A stretch of 34,358 nucleotides of DNA from the NCBI RefSeq assembly GCF_000485595.1, contig NW_014577083.1, positions 578,032 to 612,389 of the forward strand, written 5' to 3'. This document shows, in pieces, positions 25,369 through 34,358 of this stretch. The position numbers were made by a program, and so were the translations under genes. The notes under the pieces were generated by a model. It saw only the letters and a list, made by a program, of their open reading frames with translations. It did no database searches and was not told the origin of the DNA. The DNA comes from Priapulus caudatus. Lineage: Eukaryota. How positions within the stretch are numbered: position 1 is the first letter of the stretch; each line of letters begins with the position of its first letter.

Positions 25369-26965
25369 CCCCCTTTCTCTCCCCGATAGTCATCAGCGCT
25401 GAAAGATTGCGGCCGCGGCATTCCTTCTTCTAGAGGCGATGAGAAATGACGCTGTCATCTCTCGCAGCATTACAGCCGGCCCGCATCTCCCTACGGCTCG
25501 TCCTCTAATGTATGTCGCCTTCATAGTCAACGCTTGCGCAAGACAAAAACGCAGACGCGCAGGCGTTTCACGTCATTATTTGTACTGTGTCCATGACAAG
25601 GGATGATTCGCGAATGCGGACTATGAGCTGAATGCGTGTGGCTGTATATTTTTTTACAGATAGGTCCAGACAACATGTAGGAGTGTAGCATGATCACAGC
25701 TACGATGAATATTTAAATATCTGGCTATTATCACGATCGGTTTGTCGACAGAACGCAACAAAACATGCTATTATTAAAATAACCATGGATTAGAAATTGA
25801 TACAGAGCATGCGACAATTGTGAACAGCTAGGGCCAATAAATGAACACCCCCGTGCTCATGCTTTGTACACACAGGTATAATCAGCAGGCATTATATACA
25901 CCTGCATATTATGTCTCGTGATTGGTATAATCTATAATCATTAATCATTTGATTTGAGTTTATACGGAGAGAAATAAATAATGACAATAATCATGTAAAT
26001 TTTAATCACATAGATATATGATTATTATGATCATGAGCATGCATTACCAGAGCTATCAGACGGCTGAGCAAAACGCGCCTGTCTTGCGGCAACACTCGTT
26101 ACCTGGGTAACTAGAACCCACGTGCTTCCGATATCCACCTAGAAAGGACTGTACGTATGAGAAACGTGTTCTAACGTAACTCGGTGAACGCTTTCTCTCA
26201 GGTTGTGTCTCTCTACCGATTTCAGCGACTGATAATTTGTTCGGCTTAGTTCAAAACGCACTGTCCAGCTTGCCCACCTAATCCACTGACCTTGCTGAAC
26301 TACATTTGCCGTATTAGGTTTAAACTCGGCTCTGATTGTCTGGAGATAGAGGCTATAAATGGCAGTCACCGTGACTGTGTACGTGCATGGGAGTACTGTC
26401 GTACACGGAAAGGGCCGTAGCTGCTATTTCGCTTCACACGCCAGTCGTATTGTACATTCGACTTTATTGTTTGCAAATGCATCATACAATAACGTAAATA
26501 TATAAAAGATAACACAACATTGCCAACAATATCTGTTATTTAGATGCGGTTACTCGCATAGTACAGAAAATAAATTCTTCATATTCCAGAGTAAACGTGT
26601 ACAACTCCGTCTCCCACTAATGAGCCGTCATGGTGTTCACAAGTGACAGCAACTCAGTCAGCTATATAAATTACATACATAGAAATCCTATCATAAAACT
26701 GCGAAGAAACAGACAAACTACGACACCATGGCTATGTATACCATCCGCGTGATCGCGCGTGGATGTATATAGTACTACGCACTCTCTCATTCGAGTCTCT
26801 AGAACCGACCATGGCCCGATGAACCTTTGGGGACATACACCGATAGCCGGGAGTGTCTCTCTGTCGTGACGTAAGAATGCGCAGGTGGATATTATGCAAA
26901 GTGGCATGCCGGGGGTCTGTGACCGGTGATTTCCTGGTCGCACAGCAAGACAGCTCTTATTTTGG

Positions 26966-27131
26966 CTCACAGACGAGGCGTGTAGGAGAGAGAGTGTCCC
27001 GCTGCTCCACGTAGTTGCTCGTGATCGGCTTCAGGCAGAGCCCACCGAGTTACTCTCAGATAGCACACTCAGTAGGCCTTGCCCTGACAGACAGACACCA
27101 GCTCGAGCGTTGACTTGGAGGTGTTGCGCTG
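26966..27131 (-). pseudogene. GC3-rich coding-like relic with weak resemblance to a paxillin-family LIM-LIM junction
   Basis: Minus strand reads QRNTSKSTLELVSVCQGKAY*VCYLRVT, then a frameshift to GGLCLKPITSNYVEQRDTLSPTRLVCE. Fifteen consecutive codons (27040-26996) end in G/C. Confidence 0.3.
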
Positions 27132-27258
27132 AATATTTTACATGTGCTGTGATGGACCACCCAGCACGATCTCATGCCGTCATGCATTTCATTGAGCCTC
27201 TGCCGAATTCTGATCTGATGTTAACTGACTTTGTTTATATTTCCATTGAAGTAGTGAC

Positions 27259-27334
27259 TTGAAGTGGAAGTCGCCAGAGTGAAACCCCCTCTAGGCAAGA
27301 AGGGTTTTAGTTATTAGTAACATAGTTAGATACT
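27259..27334 (+). repeat. 76-bp direct repeat, copy 1
   Basis: TTGAAGTGGAAGTCGCCAGAGTGAAACCCCCTCTAGGCAAGA...GTTAGATACT; 70/76 identical to 27720-27795 with no indels. Confidence 0.95.
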
Positions 27335-27719
27335 TGTACGTGATGCGAAGCGATCGTGAAAGTCATGGTAATCATGCGCTCGTTATATGAGAACGATCAG
27401 ATGTTGGACTATAACAATTATATCTACATATATTATATGTACATAGGCAGCCACAGTGCGCTTGAGTAGTAGTTTATGGGTCGTTCTAAGATCAAAAAGG
27501 AATTGAAATAAGAATTCAGTGTTTCTAACTTAATCGAAATGTTTTTAATCAAAATAATTGGGCAACCTGGTAAAGCAAGACTATACATGAGCATACTCTT
27601 TCTCATGTTCGTACTTTTCTTGACATAAAAAGCGACTACAGCGACGAGGCAAAGTCGAAGAGGCTGTATAGCGCTAGTCTTGCAATGAAACCCTCGCTTG
27701 GCTGAAGTATGGAGGTAGT

Positions 27720-27795
27720 TTGAAGTGGAAGTCGGCAGAGTGAAACCCCCTCTAGGCAAGAGGAGTTTTAGCTGTTAGTAACTTAGTTAGATACT
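27720..27795 (+). repeat. 76-bp direct repeat, copy 2
   Basis: Matches 27259-27334 at an offset of 461 bp. Confidence 0.95.
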
Positions 27796-27959
27796 CACTC
27801 ATAGTGCTTTCAGAGTAACTGTGGTGTGGGCATAAGCGAGTAGCGTGAATCTAGGTGGAGCGAAAGCTGGCTCTGGCATTATTGCCACACAGCGCCGAAG
27901 GTCAGTGAAGCGTTCTCCCGAATTTAATCGGCGCAGCCTCGTCCTGGAAGCTGTTGCCC

Positions 27960-28165
27960 CGATGTAATATCTGTTAATCAATCACTGCTAATGTGGCGCA
28001 GGCAGGTTTTTATTATTTAATTTAATACGGAGAATGCTGCTTAAAATTCACGCGGGGAGGAAATGAGTGGTAGTGGCATGACAACAGCGGCCAGCTGAGC
28101 ATGATGAATGGAGCCGCGGTGAGGGGTCAGGTCGCCGCTGGGGGGAGGGGGAGGGGCGGTGGGAC
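27960..28165. promoter_or_regulatory. Candidate TALE/Hox enhancer with adjacent G-quadruplex/GC-box motif
   Basis: TGATTGATTA (minus, 27975-27984), TGACAA (28079-28084), TGATGAATGG (28102-28111), and G6-A-G5-A-G4-CGGT-G3 (28140-28163). Confidence 0.35.
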
Positions 28166-31100
28166 CATGGGCTGAGAGTGGGGGACGCCGCACCGCCAAC
28201 ACTTGTAGCGCGTGAGAACCGCCGTGGCTGCACACACGCCCCCTATACCTACGCCATCGTCCCGCTAGCATCGCTCACGCCTCCTGTGATGTATTTCGCT
28301 GGTATCCAAGATGATGCGAAAACATGCCCGGAATTCAGCCATCGTTTCTAGATCGCGTATTGCTAATTAAGCTTAATATTGCTAATAAGAAAATTGTGTA
28401 TAACTTGAACAAACGTGATGACGCCACCGTCTAGTCTATAGTGCGTATATATATACCTTTATACGTGAAGCATTTCGACATTTGCGGTGCAACACCCAGT
28501 TTTTCGTACCCAATGACACTGTCGTCAGTGCATCCACACGTACGTAGCTGACCTCGAATTAAGAGTTGGTGTTCCATGCGTAGTTTCAAATCTACCGACA
28601 CGAGTGGAGCGCTTGCCACTGCCGTAGCCACTTTTCACCGAAGATTTCACCATTCCGTTCTATTTCACCACCTCCACATTTCACTTAAGACGTTTCGCAC
28701 AGCTGGTGATAATTACAACACACAACCGCGCAGCTTAATCGTTCCGGTGCCTGCTAATACGAATCGTTCGCGTCGAAACGAAGTGCTGAACGACATGCAT
28801 AAACATCGACGATCGTTGTTTTCTTTTCTTTCGTTTTCTCTCTCTGGTACAACAATGGTAGCCGGCGGAAGCGCTATTGTAAATTACCCGGTGGGTGTAG
28901 TCCCCAGAAGCGCTCCGCACACGCAAGGCGTGCATGGCAACCGTAACGGGCCAACGGAATACCATTCTGCTGCTCTCCTACGCAGTGATTGTTGCCTGGG
29001 AACGGCATTGCGCATATACGCTGGAACAATAAACTGTAATATATGCGCTACCGTAGACAATTCGATGTTGTGAGCCGTGATTTATTTTTGTATAGTTAGG
29101 ACTGAATTAACCCAACCCGGGCCTAGCCTGGTACGCGCGCTGCGACATATTCCCACGCCGATACGAAATCTTAATGTAGTTATCGAAACTTGAATCGGAC
29201 ATTGCGAGGCGATATTCATCTTGGTTTGCGAATTCACCCGCTGTTTACATTTTCATCTTGCTTGGGTGAGTCGATAGCATCGCGATATCTACGACATCAA
29301 GGCGTTAAGCATCACCGAAAGACAGGCAGAAACGCTTGCAGCCATATCGCGGATCAGAAACAGTGTCTTTATTTAATTATTATAATGAGTATTAGCAATG
29401 GTAATCTACCTTCTCGTAATTTATGCTGATATACATATTGACCTGTAGCCATCGCGAAACCTGTGCTCGTTTTACGCTGAATAATTCCATGATATAGCTT
29501 AAGTCATCATACTTGTCGTACATCGATACAGACTTGTACATGTGTACCGTATAAGAATCACAAAAATTAATACTAAACGCGCAGAACATTCTTCTGGTAT
29601 TTACAGGTTAGCGTTTATAGAGAAGAGTTATGCACTACGCATTCTCATTTTTATCAGGGCCGTATTTGTTACAATTATCTTTTCATGGTGTTTATTGTAG
29701 ATGTATAAATGCACTTGCGTGCTATTCAAGATTTTGTTCGTAGCGAAGCGAACTTTGCGTCGTTAGTAACGAGGTACGCGCTTGTGTCCGGTTGCATCGT
29801 ACACATCAGCCTGCGTTCGATTCCGTCTAGCAGCGTCAATCGAGTAACTAACTATGCTCCATATCACCTCCTTCTCTTAAATCCACATGCGGACCTAGAG
29901 GGTTGAGTCTCAACTAGTCTCGCGTATCTTCGCCTCGCCTCGGGTTCTTTATCTCGTGTTTTTGTCGTGGGTTTCATGTGAAGTGGTGAGCGCGTGCTTT
30001 AAAGATCCGCACACTTCACCTCAATGAAACCGGCCGTGTGTGTATACCTGTCCATTGACAAACCACTGACAATTAATTTAGCATTTCGCTTCAATGATAG
30101 ACAACAATATTTCTTAACGATTCTCCACAAGCCAGCGACGCCCACAAAGGAGAACTGCCCAATTGCGGCGCGGGCAAGCTAAACGTGTGTAAAAAATAAG
30201 TAATGGTTTTGTATTGTGCGCGACGCCATTGTGCATGTACAAAGGATGAGCATGCAGAACTAACCACGTACATCATTAGTCCGGTGCGTGGCTAGTAGGT
30301 GAAATTTAAAGTGTCCCACAATAGACGCGCGGGTAGTTAGTCTGCATAATTCCAGCGTGCGTGTGGGTCGTCGGAACATGTGGCCGAAAGCCTTCATTAA
30401 ATCTTTTCGGAATGCCCTCGCCTCGGCTCCGGCACACAGGTGTCGGCTGCGCAGCGGGATATCTGGGTGGAAGGCGGTAGGATCGGCTGCGAACGTGCGC
30501 GCGCGCGGGAAACGACGAGAGAGTAATGCGAGAGCGGCACGCCTAGGAAAACGTGAAATTTACACGAAATAATCTTCTCGGCACATTCCCCCTGCATCGA
30601 GCTGCTTCGGGCGAGTACGCGTGCGGAGTACTCATATACGCGCGGTCCCCGTGGTTGTCGCGATCGTGTTCGGGACAGGTATTAAATTAGAGGCTTTCGA
30701 TTCCCCCAACAAGTTGCCAACTGCAGCTCCGATTCGCCAGCGGTGTGTATTATGGGATCAAACTTTCGCGAGATTATCATCATTACGGTGGAGAATTCCA
30801 TTACGCGTAGTTGCCAGGGTTTAAGTTGGCAGCTCCGATGCATATTCTTGCCCCGTTCCGCGCGCTGGCACTAGCCTGTGCAAATAGGCGATAAGATTCG
30901 TGGCCTCGGGCGAAATTGCGAAATTCTAGCATGCTGAATGTTGCTGCACGCACCGTTGACGCGGTGTACTCACGAGCGTGTTGTTAACGAAGCTATCCAT
31001 GCATGCCCTAGTTGGCGCTCCATGTCTATACTCCTTCGAGCACCTACTCGGTCTCCACTTCGGGCCAACTCTCCCCGTTTCCCCGCGCGACTACATTAGA

Positions 31101-31166
31101 ATTTTTCGAGAGAAAAAAATCATTGTGACCGTCAAAATATTCGACGTATACGCGGCGTGCGAGTGA

Positions 31167-31180
31167 CTGCGCATGCGCAG
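31167..31180. promoter_or_regulatory. Perfect NRF1-type palindrome CTGCGCATGCGCAG
   Basis: Exact match to YGCGCAYGCGCR inside a CpG-rich unique region (~30330-31360). Confidence 0.45.
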
Positions 31181-32263
31181 AAAGCAATCAGCTTTCCGCT
31201 CTGTGTAACGATTGCACAGGTGTTCGGCGGCGACGGTGCGGCCACGCCGTCATGGATGGGGGAGGAGGAGGGGGGGGGCTTGGAGTTCGGCAATGCTCCA
31301 CGAAGACTAGCGTTCCCGAGGAACGAGCACTCCGGGTGTTGGCATGCGACGCCATAACTCATGTCGATGCTTGCCCATAACTACAGTCTTAGCTGTTATG
31401 TAGGTTACACGATGTGTAAATATATAAATATTTACATATATTTACTTGCGTAGGTTGCGCGTGTGTCATTATATGGCGTTAGCACCGGACGCTGCGGATA
31501 ACATCGTTATGTAGATATCCCACAATTAGTTGATAGATAATTAAACAAGCCAAAATTCATCTAATAATTTCCTTTTGTAAGTTATATACGTGCATGGAAA
31601 CTAAAATGAAACCATGACAAAACTTGTCGTTTTCTGCATACGTGAAAATGAGTATCACACGATGTATGTGCCATTGTAAGCTATAGCGACAGTGCTTATA
31701 TCGAAGAAGACAACCTTCATATTCTCAAGTACGGCTTCAATTCATTGCTCGGTCTCCAGGGTGTTGCTGGAGAATAGCACCTAAATATTCAGTAATGTGC
31801 GAGATCGGTGTTTATGTCCGACTAAGGCATTGATGTATACGAACAACTGCTCAGATATACACCTACCTGTGATGATAACAATCTTAGACAGTATTAATAA
31901 CAGACACATGACGTTATAATCTTTGTGTCATTCGGCATATAGTGACACCTGCTTGCGTATAACAACTTATATCAACTGTATCTCGGATGTTTTAAATTGC
32001 TGAGTGTCTATTTCTTCATACTTCACATGCCTGGTAACTTTCTCTTTGGACTTTTTCCACTATACAAAAAAAAGTATATTAGGGATAAAAAAAGAGATTA
32101 TTCCTTCGTTATTATAATGATACACATTGGTTAACCTTATAGACGCGCTTACAACATTAGGATTAGGAGTAGCTTTTGTCATTATTATTATGGGATTACA
32201 TGTTTAATATGATTTGAAATTTTGCTAGTGAATTTACTATTTTAATGTGGATACAAGCACACG

Positions 32264-32295
32264 CACTCTCTCTCTCTCTTTTTCTCGCTCTTTCG

Positions 32296-32349
<54 letters not shown>
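32264..32349 (+). repeat. (CT)n(CA)n microsatellite
   Basis: Direct reading. Confidence 0.95.
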
Positions 32350-32350
<1 letters not shown>

Positions 32351-32979
32351 CTTGGATAGTAGACAGGACTATAACTAGGCCGTGACAAATTATTATATCT
32401 TCAGTCAATTAAACTTGAACCTATTCAAGAAAACGTGTACACAATAGATAAGTTTTCAATTCCTATAAGATCTTCCTCGGCCAAAGATAATACTGACCAA
32501 TTTAGAAAAAGTTTTTATGAATATGCTTTATTTTCCATACACTTCCAGGTAGCTTCTCAGCACTCGTGCGAACCCTGCATGCGATCACGGGCTGCCTCGC
32601 GATTACATATATGCGAATAGGCAGCTGTCAGATATGAGCTTAAACATTCGAATGTTCCACATTCCAGGCTAAGCACAGAGCCGACGTTATACGTACAGCG
32701 ACATATCGCAGGCGTATGATCCGATATCATCGTACATAATCCAGCCGGTGTCATGTGCAGTCACAGCAGCGATAAACAAAGGTAGAGGATAATCTACTGC
32801 CCGTGTACGCACACGCGCGCTGCATACGTGTGCACGTCGCCAGCGCGTCGACTCGCGTTAAATTCAAGTGCAATCATTTGCCATACTTCCTGCCTAGAAG
32901 GAAATAAGCCGACGGAATTACGAAGCGTTGGCGAAGCATTAATTCAAACCGTTCCAAGCAAATCGCGTCACCGCGCCGC

Positions 32980-33350
32980 TGCGTGCTTACGTGCGTGTAT
33001 GCGCGCGTGCAGACATGCGCGAGTGCGTGCGTGATCGTGGTTACGCGTACGTGGCTATGTGCGTGCTTGTGTGCCTGCGTGCGTGTGCATGCGTGTGTTT
33101 GTAAGTGCGTGCAAGTGGTTGCGTGGGTGGTACGTGCGTAGGTGCATGAATATGTGCGCAGACAAACGTTCGTCTGTGTGTGCGTGCGTGCGTGTGCGTA
33201 TGTGTGTGCGTGTGCGTGTGCGTGTGCGTGTGCGTGTGCGTGTGCGTGCGCGTGTGTCCGTGTGCGTGTGCGTGTGCGTGTGCGTGTGCGTGTGCGTGTG
33301 CGTATGCGTGTGCGTGTGCGTGTGCGCGCGGGTGTGTGTATGTTCGTGCG
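32980..33350 (+). repeat. (TGCG)/(CGTGTG)n alternating purine-pyrimidine tract
   Basis: Regular CGTGTG hexamers at ~33205-33325 with degenerate flanks. Confidence 0.93.
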
Positions 33351-34288
33351 GGCAAGTCGAATTCGAGAATCTCCCATTGGTCACTATTCGTTGATATTAG
33401 GCGTGTTGGCACGCATACACGACTGTTCACGTAATACATTTCTTATCGACCTAAAATAACACTATAACTCCACATTTGTGGCGCGGAATTTCGCACATGG
33501 TTTTAGCATTTTTCTCCGATAATGCTCACGGTCTTTTCTTTACGAATATATAATTCATAAAACGTAAAACAGTGTGACAAAAAAAGACCATCTCGTGGAC
33601 AACATCGATCTGTGTGCGGCATACTGTAGATCAGCGTCTCACGAAGACACAGATAACGCCTTCATCGAATGCCGTGTCTTCCCGATCGCATCCCCACCTA
33701 ATATATTCAACGCTGCCTTGCAGCAGCAGCCTAGGTGCCCGCGCTACAACCGGCACGGCCAATCAGTAATCGAATCAGCTGAATGTAGCTACATCATTTT
33801 GCACTGTAAATAAGATCGGGGAGCGAGCGATCTATACGGGCTTCTATCCTCACTAAGCAGGGATATTATATTAACGCGTTGTACATGCGTGAGATACGTG
33901 CGTGACGCACAAACGGCAGGATAATATTCATCATAGGTGGTTCGTATTAGATATTTGCAAGCCAGGGGATATACTATCGCAATGTTGGTTGTTCTTTTTT
34001 CTTTTTTTTCTTTTTTCATGATTTTTGTTGGAGGGTCGACTGGAAAGCAATGTCCAACACCAACAACAAAAAACCAATTCAATTTTGTGGGAAATTCAAC
34101 GCATCGTGGTAATCACTTCGATTCTTCTTTCGCAAAATTGGAAGCGAGCGTGGATAGCCGCGGACATGCATGTTGCCCGATAAATCTACAATTTCATTTC
34201 TCAAGCTAACGCCGCGTCTGTATCTATGTCTCTACACCTATATGTCTACAACTGAATGGTGCGCTCTTCCACGCACGCGCGCACACGT

Positions 34289-34358
34289 GCACGTACGCGC
34301 GCATGCACGTACGCGCGCATGCACGTACGCGCGCATGCACGTACGCGCGCATGCACGT
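34289..34358 (+). repeat. Perfect 16-bp tandem repeat (GCACGTACGCGCGCAT)n, 4 full copies plus a partial truncated by the window edge
   Basis: Units start at 34289, 34305, 34321, 34337 and 34353. Confidence 0.97.

Noticed and set aside
27259..27312. Hammerhead ribozyme within the 76-bp repeat (GAAAC-hairpin-GTT)
   Set aside because: No CTGANGA box (TTGAAGT at best) and no stem II.
28576..29073. 165-aa ORF in unique sequence
   Set aside because: No recognisable domain, codon bias or splice context; within chance expectation.
29741..29825. tRNA or SINE A-box (TAGCGAAGCGA) and B-box (GTTCGATTCC)
   Set aside because: Spacing is long, and there is no cloverleaf, tail or target-site duplication.

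Overview
Eukaryotic, most likely animal, non-coding DNA from a draft assembly: a large intron or gene desert. The taxon cannot be fixed from sequence alone. CpG is abundant, and roughly a third of the window is micro/minisatellite. I found no credible intact CDS, RNA gene, CRISPR array or autonomous transposon, and almost all long ORFs in the track are translations of simple repeats. Two N gaps and several indel-riddled stretches (about 2720-6330, 9905-12060, 23400-24803) look like unpolished long-read gap fill, including a noisy second copy of bases 1-1205. The most notable signals are: a nested pyrimidine-rich minisatellite with a ~31-bp anchor; a substitution-only 76-bp direct repeat with a hairpin; a GC3-rich minus-strand relic resembling a paxillin-type LIM junction; two candidate non-coding minus-strand exons; and unique islands with enhancer/promoter-like motifs (Pbx-Hox/Meis, homeodomain clusters, a perfect NRF1 palindrome). 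I cannot support a claim of a new biological system here.
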